A DNA stretch of 64,000 nt from Acidobacteriota bacterium (lineage in GTDB: Bacteria > Acidobacteriota > UBA6911). The stretch covers positions 927 through 64,926 of the forward strand of contig JAFGIY010000199.1 of the NCBI GenBank assembly GCA_016929335.1, in the 5' to 3' direction. This document shows positions 19,352 to 29,271 of the stretch, piece by piece; the stretch's first letter is position 1; each line of letters opens with the position of its first letter. Under the pieces are notes generated by a model. That model did not search any database and had not been told where the DNA came from. It worked only from the letters and a program-made list of their open reading frames with translations. A program made the translations under genes and the position numbers.

Positions 19352-20751
19352 TAGAGAATATACCGGCTCAAGTCTTTGTCCTGCACGATGTCCCCCAGTT
19401 TCTGGCGGACATAAGCAGCCGTAATCTTGATCTGTCTGGGTTTTCGCTGCTTTCCTTCGAATGAATAATCTTCCAGAAGCGCTTCAACTATCGTGTGCAG
19501 ACGGCGGGCTCCGATATTTTCGGTGCCTTCATTAACCAGACAGGCCAGCCTTGCAATTTCCCTGATCGAATCTTCTGTAAACCTGAGCTTCAGCCCTTCT
19601 GTTCCAAGCAGCGACATGTACTGTTTGATTAAAGCGTTTTGAGGCTCTCTCAGGATCCGGACGAAATCATTTTCGTTCAAAGGATTCAGTTCAACCCTGA
19701 TCGGGAACCGACCCTGCAACTCCGGAATGAGATCTGTAGGCTTTGCCACGTGAAACGCTCCTGCGGCAATGAAGAGTATATGATCCGTTCTTAACATTCC
19801 GTAGCGGGTATTGACGCTGGTCCCTTCCACGATGGGCAATATGTCGCGCTGCACTCCTTCACGGCTGACATCAGGGCCGTGCCCCGATTCGCGGCCGGCG
19901 ATCTTATCAATCTCGTCCAGAAAGATGATGCCGCTCTGTTCCACACGGTCGAGCGCAAGCCGGGCGACCTGCTCCATATCCACCAGTTTCTGCTCTTCCT
20001 CCTGCACGATATATTCCGCGGCTTCGGCAACAGGCATGCGGCTCTTTTTGGCTTTGCCTTCCATCATTCCTGAAAGCAGGTCGCGCATATTAAACTGGAT
20101 GTCTTCGAAGCTGGAGCCCTCAAAAATCTGGAGCGAGATGGGGCTTGTCGGATGCTCGCGCACTTCCAGTTCGACGATCCGCTGGTCGAGTTTGCCCGCG
20201 CGCAGCTGGCGGCGCAGCTTTTCGCGCATCGTTTCAATACGCGCAAGGTCTTCGCCGCTTTCCATCCGGCTTTTCTCTCCCGGGACATTTTCCACCGTAG
20301 CCAGAAGCAGGTCGAGCAGCCGTTCCTCCGCGTTCTGCTCCGCTTTCTCTTCGATTTCATTGATTTTTTCCGCGCGAATCATATCTACGGCAATGTCTGC
20401 CAGGTCGCGCACCATCGATTCGACGTCGCGTCCAACATACCCGATTTCCGTGAATTTAGTCGCCTCGATTTTCAGAAAGGGGGAATTGGCGAGCTTCGCA
20501 AGCCGCCGGGCAATCTCGGTTTTTCCGACGCCCGTCGGCCCGATCATGATTATATTCTTGGGCGCGATTTCCTGGGCCATTTCCTCGTCCAGCTTCTGCC
20601 GGCGGATTCGGTTGCGCAAAGCGATGGCCACTGCTTTTTTTGCGGCTTTCTGTCCTACGACGTACCGGTCGAGCTGTTCAACAATTTCACGCGGTGACAT
20701 TTCGTCCAGACCGGATGGTCGGTTTTTGCGGCGTTTTGAGCTTTCTTGCAT
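19351..20751 (-). CDS. hslU: ATP-dependent protease ATPase subunit HslU
   Basis: 466 aa: SPREIVEQLDRYVVGQKAAKKAVAIALRNR, Walker A GPTGVGKTEIARRLA and FLDEIDKI. An alternative start is the ATG at 20700 (MSPREIV). Confidence 0.97.
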   Translation of the reverse strand: MQESSKRRKNRPSGLDEMSPREIVEQLDRYVVGQKAAKKAVAIALRNRIRRQKLDEEMAQEIAPKNIIMIGPTGVGKTEIARRLAKLANSPFLKIEATKFTEIGYVGRDVESMVRDLADIAVDMIRAEKINEIEEKAEQNAEERLLDLLLATVENVPGEKSRMESGEDLARIETMREKLRRQLRAGKLDQRIVELEVREHPTSPISLQIFEGSSFEDIQFNMRDLLSGMMEGKAKKSRMPVAEAAEYIVQEEEQKLVDMEQVARLALDRVEQSGIIFLDEIDKIAGRESGHGPDVSREGVQRDILPIVEGTSVNTRYGMLRTDHILFIAAGAFHVAKPTDLIPELQGRFPIRVELNPLNENDFVRILREPQNALIKQYMSLLGTEGLKLRFTEDSIREIARLACLVNEGTENIGARRLHTIVEALLEDYSFEGKQRKPRQIKITAAYVRQKLGDIVQDKDLSRYIL

Positions 20752-20841
20752 GGATTCTCGCTAATTGAAATATCCGGGCGAATGCCCGGATTCAAATGTG
20801 GCGGCAGACTTCAGCCCGCCGGCGTCGGTTTTGGAGCAAGT

Positions 20842-21387
20842 TCACAGTTCTTCAACAATGATCTCGCTGTTGGTAAAAACGCATATCTCACTGGCTATCT
20901 TCAATGCTTCCCGCGCGATCTTGGCCGCCGGCAGCTTGGTGTGACGCAGGAGTGCGCGCGCAGCCGCCAAAGCAAATACTCCTCCGGAGCCGGCCGCCAG
21001 TAATCCGTCATCGGGCTCGATGACGTCGCCCGTTCCGGAAAGCAAATAAACGGATCTGCCGTCGGTTGCCAGCAGGAATGCTTCCAGATGACGCAGAGCT
21101 CGGTCTGTGCGCCATTCCTGAGCAAGTTCCACGGCAGCCCGGTTCAAGTTGCCCTGAAACTGTTCCAGTTTGGCTTCCAGCCTGGCAAATAGAGCAAAGG
21201 CGTCGGCTGTAGCACCGGCAAATCCCACCAGAACACGGTCATTATAGACGCGGCGTATCTTCCGGGCGCTTGCCTTGATAACGGTGTCTCCCAAAGTCAC
21301 CTGGCCATCGCCGGCGATAACTGTCTGGTTGCCTTTCCTGACAAGCAGGATTGTGGTTCCATGAAATACTCTGTTATTTGAATTCAT
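20842..21387 (-). CDS. hslV: ATP-dependent protease subunit HslV
   Basis: ORF 20842..21411. The preferred start is the ATG at 21387 ([19 protein letters not shown]...). The catalytic Thr context HGTT and GDGQVT are present. Confidence 0.95.
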   Translation of the reverse strand: MNSNNRVFHGTTILLVRKGNQTVIAGDGQVTLGDTVIKASARKIRRVYNDRVLVGFAGATADAFALFARLEAKLEQFQGNLNRAAVELAQEWRTDRALRHLEAFLLATDGRSVYLLSGTGDVIEPDDGLLAAGSGGVFALAAARALLRHTKLPAAKIAREALKIASEICVFTNSEIIVEEL

Positions 21388-21455
21388 AACGGGGCAGTAT
21401 AGACACCGCACAGAATGAGTGTCAAATTTGAAAAATGGAGGGAAGAACGGTTTTC

Positions 21456-22643
21456 ATGACAAAACGATTGTATTACATGGATTCCTATCTGAAAGATTTC
21501 TCGGCAACAGTGCTCGATATCAGGCAGATCGATAAAAATCCTGCGGCAATTCTCGATCAGACTGCATTTTATCCGGAGTCAGGAGGCCAGCCCTGTGATA
21601 CGGGAATGTTGCAGGAGGCCCATGTCCTGAATGTCATGGAAGACGATGTCGGAACCATCCTTCATATCCTCGATCGGGACATTGCGACCGGCTCGGCATC
21701 CGGGCAAATCAACTGGCCGCGGCGCTTCGATCATATGCAGCAGCACACCGGACAGCATGTCCTTTCCCAGGCGTTCCTTCATATTGCCGGTGCTGCAACT
21801 ATGTCGTTTCACATGGGAATGGAGTTATCCACGATCGACATCGATCTGGCACAGCCTTCCGTTTCTCAGATGGAGGAAGTTCAGCAGCTGGCGACAAATA
21901 TTGTTTTTGAGAACCGCCCTGTTCGCATCCTTACAACCGATCGGGAAAGCCTCAATGCTCTGGGCGTCCGAAAAGAGTCGCAACGCACCGGAGAAATACG
22001 CGTCATTGATATTGAGGGCTTTGACCGATCCGCCTGCGGAGGTACGCATGTCCGGCATACGGGGGAAATTGGGATCATTTTTATCAGCGGTTTCGAGCGA
22101 TATAAAGGCGGAACCCGGGTCGAGTTTGCAGCGGGCGGGAGAGCTTTGAAAATTCTTAACAAAGACCATGAGTTGCTGAAAACACTGGCGCGGCTTTATT
22201 CCGCCATTCCGGAAGATCTTCCTGCATTAACGGAAAAGCTGTTTCAGGAGCGGTCATCAAGGGACAGGGAGAATGAGCTGCTGCGGGACCACTTGCTGGA
22301 AATGGAAGCAGAAGGATTACTTCAAACCGCCGACAAAACGGAACGCGGAACGATGGTTTTCCGGACTTATAGCGAACGGAAACTCGACGCTATAAAAACC
22401 CTGGCACAAAAACTGACGGCAAATCCCGGCGTTATCGCGATCCTGGGTATGCCGGACACCTGCCAGATAGTCGTGGCACGCAGCCGCGATCTGCCGGGCA
22501 ATTGCGGCGAGGCAATCAAGAAGACGGCGTCCGAATTGGGCGGCAAGGGCGGAGGAAGGCCAGAGCTGGCACAGGCAGGCGGCTTTGCCGCAGATACGTT
22601 CGAACGCTGGATGAAAGCGCTGCGGGAATATTTCGTTTTCTAA
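21456..22643 (+). CDS. Alanyl-tRNA editing protein (AlaX-L type: AlaRS second additional domain plus a DHHA1-like C-terminus)
   Basis: The ORF is open from 21435; the ATG at 21456 follows GGAGGGAAG. It has the zinc motifs HTGQHVLS (HxxxH) and CGGTHV (CxxxH), and a C-terminal GGKGGGRPELAQAGG. Confidence 0.85.
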   Translation: MTKRLYYMDSYLKDFSATVLDIRQIDKNPAAILDQTAFYPESGGQPCDTGMLQEAHVLNVMEDDVGTILHILDRDIATGSASGQINWPRRFDHMQQHTGQHVLSQAFLHIAGAATMSFHMGMELSTIDIDLAQPSVSQMEEVQQLATNIVFENRPVRILTTDRESLNALGVRKESQRTGEIRVIDIEGFDRSACGGTHVRHTGEIGIIFISGFERYKGGTRVEFAAGGRALKILNKDHELLKTLARLYSAIPEDLPALTEKLFQERSSRDRENELLRDHLLEMEAEGLLQTADKTERGTMVFRTYSERKLDAIKTLAQKLTANPGVIAILGMPDTCQIVVARSRDLPGNCGEAIKKTASELGGKGGGRPELAQAGGFAADTFERWMKALREYFVF

Positions 22644-22677
22644 TCCAGACCGAATGCCGTCAACTCGAAGATTGCGC

Positions 22678-23247
22678 TTACCTTTCCCGCCTGCCGGCAG
22701 GGGACCGGCTTCCCAGTTTCTCCAGCCGAAGCACTCGCCAATCTTCGCTGAAATCCGGCGACCCGAGATTCAGCCTGTTTACTCTCGCCGCAAGAAACTC
22801 GAAGTCAAAGCTTGTCAGCGGGGCCAGTTTGAGATCCTCATCTCCCAACCGAATAGCAGCACCAAAAATCTGCTGAGCCTGGCCGAAGTCGCCGGTCAAA
22901 CGGACTCCAAATGAGGATCTCGGCCTGATATTCATCGAGCCTACAGACATGGGTTGCCTGATATCGCCGGTCTCTACAGTAAGGAGTTTTACCGTCGTCT
23001 TTCGATTATCCAGAGTAATGCGGATATCCCTGGCAAAAAGCCTGATCTCCCCGTCGCTCATGGAAACAAAATTCAGCAGGAGAATTCCCGGTTTCACGAC
23101 CTCAACCGTGAAGATGTAATCATGATCCACAAAAGCAAAGTAAGCGCTTTTATCGATCGGGCGGCTGTCAGACTGCGGTTTGGATTGCGGCTGCTCAGGA
23201 CTATGCCCTATGAATGCAAGCCATAAAAGCAGTGGTATTCGAATCAT
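22678..23247 (-). CDS. Hypothetical secreted protein
   Basis: 189-aa ORF with a signal-like MIRIPLLLWLAFIG. I recognise no family. It fills the gap between flanking genes cleanly. Confidence 0.55.
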   Translation of the reverse strand: MIRIPLLLWLAFIGHSPEQPQSKPQSDSRPIDKSAYFAFVDHDYIFTVEVVKPGILLLNFVSMSDGEIRLFARDIRITLDNRKTTVKLLTVETGDIRQPMSVGSMNIRPRSSFGVRLTGDFGQAQQIFGAAIRLGDEDLKLAPLTSFDFEFLAARVNRLNLGSPDFSEDWRVLRLEKLGSRSPAGRRER

Positions 23248-23354
23248 ACATCCCTTTGCTGAGGACAGAATGCTTGGAGCTATTTATCCAGTTTCTCCTG
23301 CAATGCTTCCGGCCTCTTTCTGAATTCTATCAGCTGAAAGCTGACTGCTGAATG

Positions 23355-24863
23355 CTATCTGACCTTCTGGCTTTTCGTGCTCCCTTTCTTCTTGTGCTCT
23401 TTGCGCGAGAAGGCAGCCAAACGCGCGAGTGCCTTGTCCTGCACTCCATCGACTATATCTCTCGCTGCAAGGAAATTATTGGCCAGGATCGAGAATGCCA
23501 GCATTTCATTATCGTCGGTCCGCAGATATCCGGATAAAGCGGATACATTTGCGAAGCTGCCGGTTTTCGCATGCACGTTGTTCTCTGCCTTTGTATTTTT
23601 CATGCGGGTTTCGAGTGTTCCATCAATACCCGCTATCGACAGAGCATTATAAAAATGCGAGAAGTGCTGGTGGTGATGCATATACTGCAGAACCTGTACG
23701 AGCCCGTTTGCACTGATGAGATTGAGACGCGAGAGGCCGGATGCGTCTGCATAGGAATAGCTCTCCTTGCTGATGTCCATCCGTGCCAGCGCTTCTTCCA
23801 CGACTTCCTTTCCCCTGGAAAAAGTGCCTTCACCCCGAAACTCCAGACCTAAAACGCGGGCAAGAGTTTCGGCGCCGAGGTTCAGGCTCAATTTCATTAC
23901 GGAGCTCAGAAGTTCAGAGAGCGGCGGGGAGGCATGAACCCAGAGAAGAGTCGCGGACGCCGGGCGAAAGCCACGCATCCCTCTTATCGCACAGTTTGAG
24001 ACATCGATGCCTGCGTCCATGAGAACCTGTTTCAGAGCCGACAGATAATAGCGGATGGGAGACTGAACGGCTGCAGAACGAAGCAGCACGGGCCCGGCCA
24101 GAGGTACAACGCCGCTGACGACAAAGGTCTCGCCGGTTTTGGCCCGCTCGATGTCAATTCGTGGCTTGGTCGCCTCGCTTCCGGTGGTAACCCTGGAAAC
24201 CAGATATAAATAATTCGGCAGCGGTTCCGCTTTAATTGAAGCCATGCTGCCCGTTACAGATCCGGGTGTGATTTCTATCCAAATCAGGTTTTCGTTGAAT
24301 TGCAGAGCGCTAATGGAAGCGGCATAACCTTCGGCCAGATCGTCCCATGCCCAGCCCTGTCCATGCCCTTTCCCTTCAAACGATCCACCATCGCCGATAA
24401 TGTCTCCGTCGATGGCGCGTATTCCTTGCTGTTTAAGCCTTGCGGCCCAGTCTTTGAATATATGGAATGGATCTTTCGGGTGAATTCTCGACGAACTCGA
24501 AGGATCTCCCGAACCCACAATGACCAGATTCCCCTTCAGTACTCCGTCGAGGACCGGCCCATCTGCCAGTACCTGCGTTTTAAAACGATAATCGGGCCCC
24601 AAAAGAATCAAAGAGACCGCCGCAGTGAGAATCTTATTGTTCGATGCAGGCACAAACAGTTTCTCGGGATTTTTCCTGTAAATTGCTTCCTTGCGGTCCA
24701 GGGAAATAATTTCAATCCCCAGTTGCGCATCCGCCAACCGGCCGTCAGAAAAGATTTTGTCCAGATCCGAGCGCAGGCTCTTGACAGGATCGGCAGCGGC
24801 CACCGTATTGCAGGCACATGCCACGAGAAGGAAGAAAAGAAATGCGCGCATGCAAGATTTCAT
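23355..24863 (-). CDS. dacB: D-alanyl-D-alanine carboxypeptidase/endopeptidase, PBP4 (peptidase S13)
   Basis: 502 aa with a signal peptide and PASNNKILTA (SxxK). SGS and KTG(S) motifs are also present (HAKTGSF). Confidence 0.9.
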   Translation of the reverse strand: MKSCMRAFLFFLLVACACNTVAAADPVKSLRSDLDKIFSDGRLADAQLGIEIISLDRKEAIYRKNPEKLFVPASNNKILTAAVSLILLGPDYRFKTQVLADGPVLDGVLKGNLVIVGSGDPSSSSRIHPKDPFHIFKDWAARLKQQGIRAIDGDIIGDGGSFEGKGHGQGWAWDDLAEGYAASISALQFNENLIWIEITPGSVTGSMASIKAEPLPNYLYLVSRVTTGSEATKPRIDIERAKTGETFVVSGVVPLAGPVLLRSAAVQSPIRYYLSALKQVLMDAGIDVSNCAIRGMRGFRPASATLLWVHASPPLSELLSSVMKLSLNLGAETLARVLGLEFRGEGTFSRGKEVVEEALARMDISKESYSYADASGLSRLNLISANGLVQVLQYMHHHQHFSHFYNALSIAGIDGTLETRMKNTKAENNVHAKTGSFANVSALSGYLRTDDNEMLAFSILANNFLAARDIVDGVQDKALARLAAFSRKEHKKKGSTKSQKVR

Positions 24864-24997
24864 GTCACCTCATTGTACAGGAAATCGGCCAACAATTTAG
24901 CCTTTAGTAATTGCAGTAATAGCACATGGCGTCATCAGGCTCTTGATTGGGCCGGAATTCTGGGGTATAGTCGCGCCCTGTTACGCAAATATCCTAT

Positions 24998-25882
24998 ATG
25001 AATATGACAGATAACCTTTTAGAAACAATCCGCCGTCAGATGCGGATTTCCGAAGAGCGGTTGAAAAAGCAGGGCGATGCTGCCGATCGGCGGAAATTCA
25101 ATCCCCTCAGCCCGGATAATGTAAATCCTCCGAAATCCGATAAGCCCACGATTCAGGCTGAGCCCAAATCCACCCGGGATGTCTCTTTCGGGGAATGGAG
25201 CGCCTACGGTCAAATGACGCCCGGGTTGTTGGATGAGATTGCCGATTTTATAGAGGAAAACGTCCAGAATGTTTCTGAAAAGCTCCGGGACTCTGCTGCG
25301 CCGGAATTGACGCGGCATCTTCAGGGTATGCAATCGGTCGGGGCTCTGCTCACACAATGGGCCGATTCTGCCGGGTATTTCCGGCCCGTCACGCAGGAAT
25401 GCAGTTTCGCAGAGATGATTCAGAAAGCGCTGAATGCGAGGAACGCAGAGCTGCAACGCTGCGGCATCCGGATCGATTTTGAAAATGCTGCGACGGGTAA
25501 AAACAGCTGTGGTTTTAACCAGGCTTTCTATCAAGCAATATTGCATGTGCTTCAATACTGCATCGAGCAGTTGCGAAGCGGAGGGAGCAAGCCAAGCCTG
25601 TCGGTGCGTGTACAGGATTCAGGCGATCGGATGGAGATTAATTTTTTGTATGGAACCGTTTCCAGTCTGGCGCCGGTAGGCCTTGTAGAAACGGAATCGA
25701 TTCCTTCCGGTTCGCTGCGCTTCAGCAACGTGGAGTTCCGGGCTGCGCAAACCTTAATGGAATCAATAGGCGGAACGCTTGTTTTGGAAAACGTCAGTGA
25801 AATCCAGAAAGCTGTTCGGATTCATATCAGCATTTCTGCGCTTTCTGCTGACAGAAACCTCAAAGAAAGATCCAGGATCTGA
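24998..25882 (+). CDS. Hypothetical protein with a degenerate histidine-kinase-like C-terminal half
   Basis: 294 aa. The order of segments mimics DHp plus HATPase_c (LTRHLQGMQ; FAEMIQKAL...LQRCGIRIDFE; ILHVLQYCIEQL; VRVQDSGDRMEINF; ESIGGTLVLENV). The N-box Asn and the G-box glycines are not conserved. Confidence 0.55.
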   Translation: MNMTDNLLETIRRQMRISEERLKKQGDAADRRKFNPLSPDNVNPPKSDKPTIQAEPKSTRDVSFGEWSAYGQMTPGLLDEIADFIEENVQNVSEKLRDSAAPELTRHLQGMQSVGALLTQWADSAGYFRPVTQECSFAEMIQKALNARNAELQRCGIRIDFENAATGKNSCGFNQAFYQAILHVLQYCIEQLRSGGSKPSLSVRVQDSGDRMEINFLYGTVSSLAPVGLVETESIPSGSLRFSNVEFRAAQTLMESIGGTLVLENVSEIQKAVRIHISISALSADRNLKERSRI

Positions 25883-25947
25883 TAACAACCCCGATTTGTG
25901 CTGATGCCTGCCGTTTTTAAAGCCTGCTGCTTTGCTGAGATTTAATT

Positions 25948-26583
25948 ATGAGATCTGTAAATTCAATTGTGCCGATCGTCCTGGCCGCCGGGGATTCTGC
26001 AAGGATGGGATATCCCAAAGCACTTCTTCCATTCGGGACGGAAGTTTTTTTAACGCACACCCTGACCGTTCTTCGAAATAGTGGATTGCCCCGCCCGCTG
26101 ATAATACTCGGCCGGTCCGCTGATGCCATTAAAGCGAAAATCCGCGACTGGCCGGCGGATATCCGGATCAATCCTGATCCCGACAGAGGACAGCTGTCTT
26201 CAATTCAGCTGGCATTGACGAACATCAGTCCGGAGTTCGACGGAGGCATGATATGGCCGGTGGATCAGCCGGTCATATCGGAAGATCTGGTGCGTCGCCT
26301 CACCCGGCTTTTTCTGGATTCGGAGTGTTTGATAGCCTGTCCCAAAGTCGGAGACAGGCGAGGCCATCCCGCGATTTTTCATCGCAGCCTTTTTCAGGAA
26401 TTTCTGGATGCGCCGCTGGAAGAGGGACCGAAAAAGATTTTGCTGCGGCATCAACACGAAATAGCAGTCCTGCCTACCGAAGAGTCCGGAGCCATACATG
26501 ACATCGACACGCCGGAGGACTATCAAGCCTTAATCGGCGAAAGCCTCGAATCCGTGCTCGCCAGGATGCAATCTTCAAGATAG
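25948..26583 (+). CDS. MobA-like NTP transferase (molybdenum cofactor cytidylyl/guanylyltransferase family)
   Basis: 211 aa: IVLAAGDSARMGYPKALLPF, WPVDQP and HDIDTPEDY. Confidence 0.8.
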   Translation: MRSVNSIVPIVLAAGDSARMGYPKALLPFGTEVFLTHTLTVLRNSGLPRPLIILGRSADAIKAKIRDWPADIRINPDPDRGQLSSIQLALTNISPEFDGGMIWPVDQPVISEDLVRRLTRLFLDSECLIACPKVGDRRGHPAIFHRSLFQEFLDAPLEEGPKKILLRHQHEIAVLPTEESGAIHDIDTPEDYQALIGESLESVLARMQSSR

Positions 26584-26640
26584 ACGGCTGAAACTGTGGT
26601 GGTTTCCGTGATGCACGGCCGGGATTCCGGAGTCTGAAGC

Positions 26641-28245
26641 TTAATCGTAGCGCGTTATCCGCGAGTACGGTCGCATCGAAGCAATGAAGCGCTCGGATGT
26701 ATCCCATAGGCTGGAACGCTTCAGACTTTGCATTAGCGACCACAGGCCGGTGTAAAAATACCCGCACAGGAACAGAAGCAGGAACGGTATGACGCCGTAA
26801 ATTCCGATTTCCCAGGCATAGAAGGTTGCGTAGGCAAAATAAAGGCCGAACAATATTTCCACGATGGTGAGGGGATTGATTTCGCATCGGTATTTCTTGC
26901 TCATCCACTCTCCCTTGTTTCCTTCCACCGAAAACTTTGGAGTTCGCACAAAAGGAGTTTTGAATCCAAAGGCGCCTTCCAGCACGGCCTTGGATCCCGG
27001 GATCGTCATGCCGATCCCTACGGCCATCAAGCCGGGAAGGTACATAATCCGTTTAAGCCAGTCTTTGTGAAGCGCTTTCTGGGAAGTGATATAAAAAGTG
27101 GATACGCTGCTGAAGGACAGAATGAAAAGGGGAAGATCAATAGTCAGCAACTCAAACCATCCCTGGTTGTAACGCACGATCATGGCTGGGAACAGGATCA
27201 AAGACAGAATGACCATTAAAGGATAGGTAATGTTACCCGTCAAATGGTACCAGGCTTCCAGCTTTTCGCCGGCGTCGAAGTTGCCCTTCAGCACGCGCAG
27301 GAGAACCTTTTTGCAGACCTGCATCGCACCTTTCGCCCATCGGCACTGCTGGGTTTTGAATGAATTCATTTCGACGGGAAGCTCCGCCGGAACGGCTAGA
27401 TCCGGCACGAAAACGAATTTCCATCCTTTGATCTGGGCGCGGTAACTCAAGTCCAAATCCTCGGTCAGCGTGTCATGCTCCCAACCGCCTGCTTCCTCGA
27501 TGGTTCTTTTTCGAAGAATTCCGGCTGTACCGTTGAAGTTGAAAAACCGTCCGCCGAGGAATCGCGTATAGCTTTCCAGCATGAAATGGCCATCAAGGAA
27601 AATCGCCTGCGTCCTGGTGAGGAATGAGTAATCGCGGTTCAGGTGCTCCCATCGTCCCTGGACTAATCCGACTTTCGGATCCGTAAAATAGTGAATAGAC
27701 CTCTGGAGGAAATCCGGTTCCGGCACAAAGTCGGCATCAAAGACGGCAATAAACTCGCCCTTTGCCGTTTTCAATCCATTCTCGAGAGCGCCGGCTTTGA
27801 AGCCGGTTCGGTCATCGCGATGGATGTAATGGATGTCCAGTCCCAATGCGCTCCAACGCTCTACTGCACTCCGCGCGATCCTCTGCGTCTCGTCCGTTGA
27901 GTCATCCAGAACCTGGATGTCCAGTTTGTCATGTGGATAATCAAAGGAACAGACGGCATCAATAATCCGCTCCATCACATACATTTCATTATAGGCAGGG
28001 AGTTGAACCGTAACGCGCGGCAGATCTTCGAACCTCGAGCTTGGAGCCGTAACCTTTTTGTTATGCCTATTATAAAGAAAAACCATCAGGTAGCGATGAA
28101 GGCCGTAGAAACTGAGAATGGCCAGAATCCCGAAGTAAATGCTTACGATAGTCAAGTCGAACGTATCCATCTGGTACAAACAGGATAAATTGCCAGTCCT
28201 GATGAACTTCTCGTATGAGGAGGCCGCCGGCTCAAATATCACCAT
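26641..28245 (-). CDS. Membrane-embedded processive family 2 glycosyltransferase (cellulose/hyaluronan synthase-like)
   Basis: 534 aa with an N-terminal TM segment, DDSTDET, DADF, TEDLDLS and QQCRWAKG (QxxRW), and several C-terminal TM helices. Confidence 0.9.
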   Translation of the reverse strand: MVIFEPAASSYEKFIRTGNLSCLYQMDTFDLTIVSIYFGILAILSFYGLHRYLMVFLYNRHNKKVTAPSSRFEDLPRVTVQLPAYNEMYVMERIIDAVCSFDYPHDKLDIQVLDDSTDETQRIARSAVERWSALGLDIHYIHRDDRTGFKAGALENGLKTAKGEFIAVFDADFVPEPDFLQRSIHYFTDPKVGLVQGRWEHLNRDYSFLTRTQAIFLDGHFMLESYTRFLGGRFFNFNGTAGILRKRTIEEAGGWEHDTLTEDLDLSYRAQIKGWKFVFVPDLAVPAELPVEMNSFKTQQCRWAKGAMQVCKKVLLRVLKGNFDAGEKLEAWYHLTGNITYPLMVILSLILFPAMIVRYNQGWFELLTIDLPLFILSFSSVSTFYITSQKALHKDWLKRIMYLPGLMAVGIGMTIPGSKAVLEGAFGFKTPFVRTPKFSVEGNKGEWMSKKYRCEINPLTIVEILFGLYFAYATFYAWEIGIYGVIPFLLLFLCGYFYTGLWSLMQSLKRSSLWDTSERFIASMRPYSRITRYD

Positions 28246-28363
28246 GTTCTCTCCAAAATGAAGGCTAGAGTCTAGGTAAAGAGAAGGCCGTTGTTGTCAC
28301 CAGATTGTTTTTAATTGTAATCAAATGTAATCGCGTTCCTGAGCAGGTAGGTTTCAGGGCTTG

Positions 28364-28521
28364 CCGTTTCGTGTTTCCGGTTTCCCGTTTCCCGTTGAAA
28401 AGCGCGGAGGGCAATGGCGGAGATCCTTCCTGTTCAGTTGTGTGTCTTAATATGGCGCAAACTATCAATTCAGGGTAGGATAAAACCCCAAACGGGGAAC
28501 CGGAAACGGGAAACCGGAAAC
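28364..28521. repeat. Heptamer-repeat hairpin (GTTTCCN arms)
   Basis: The left arm is ccgtttc|gtgtttc|cggtttc|ccgtttc|ccgtt (28364..28396). The right arm is aacgggg|aaccgga|aacggga|aaccgga|aac (28491..28521). 28373..28392 is perfectly complementary to 28502..28521 (20 bp). The right arm ends 17 nt before the ATG at 28539. Confidence 0.9.
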
Positions 28522-28538
28522 TCATATGGGAGGAGAGG

Positions 28539-29171
28539 ATGAAGATCCTTGAAGTAAAGGCTTTAGCGATTCCGGATATCAAGGTAGTGCGATTCGGCAG
28601 ATTCCCCGATCATCGCGGATATTTCGGCGAGCATTTTCGGAAAAGCGATTTCAACACTCACCCGCAAATGGAATTTTTGAGGGGCGTTGACTTTTTTCAA
28701 TGTAATGAAAGCTATTCAAAGAACCGGACTATTCGCGGCCTTCATTTTCAGTGGAATCCCTACATGGGAAAGCTGGTGCGAACCCTGAGCGGGCGGATGA
28801 CGGATTTGGTTCTGGACATCCGCAAAGGATCTCCGACGTTTGGAAAGATTATCGCGTACGATTTGCCCGCTGCCAAAGATGCCGATTTTGGGGAATGGAT
28901 CTGGATTCCTCCCGGCTTCGCTCATGGCAACTATTTCTGTGAAGATTCTCATATCGAATACTTCTGTTCCGGCGAATACAGCCCCGGTTGTGAAGCCGGC
29001 ATCTCCCCCCTTGCTTCCGACTTGGACTGGTCCATGTGCAATTCGAAGCTCAGAAAGGAGTTTGACTCCATTTCCAATGACAATCCGTTGATGACGGATA
29101 AGGACCGAAACGGCCATTCACTTGCTTCCTGGATTTCCAGTCCTAATTCGGATCATTTTATTTTTCGATAA
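28539..29171 (+). CDS. dTDP-4-dehydrorhamnose 3,5-epimerase-like cupin (RmlC family)
   Basis: 210 aa: FPDHRGYFGEHF, RGLHFQ and PPGFAHG. GGGAGGAGAGG precedes the ATG. Confidence 0.8.
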   Translation: MKILEVKALAIPDIKVVRFGRFPDHRGYFGEHFRKSDFNTHPQMEFLRGVDFFQCNESYSKNRTIRGLHFQWNPYMGKLVRTLSGRMTDLVLDIRKGSPTFGKIIAYDLPAAKDADFGEWIWIPPGFAHGNYFCEDSHIEYFCSGEYSPGCEAGISPLASDLDWSMCNSKLRKEFDSISNDNPLMTDKDRNGHSLASWISSPNSDHFIFR

Positions 29172-29271
29172 GGCCCATATGATCTGCCGGAAACACCGGC
29201 GTTGGAATATCCGGGGTTGCCGGCATGATGAATAATTCAACCTGCGGATTTATTTACAAAGAGGAGCCTTC

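Noticed and set aside
19811-20764. 317-aa ORF antisense to hslU. Similar long antisense ORFs lie at 45120..46151 (versus pnp), 50324..51565 (versus rpoD), 51569..52450 (versus ppk2) and 6940..7548 (versus corA).
   Set aside because: Each lies entirely opposite a confidently identified conserved gene. Their compositions are Ser/Arg/Leu-rich and low in complexity, and they lack an RBS. These are typical shadow ORFs of moderately GC-rich DNA.
23331-23356. Possible extra heptamer tract: CAGCTGA|AAGCTGA|CTGCTGA|ATGCT, just downstream of dacB.
   Set aside because: It has only about 3 degenerate units and no complementary arm nearby. It may be chance or a decayed half-site.
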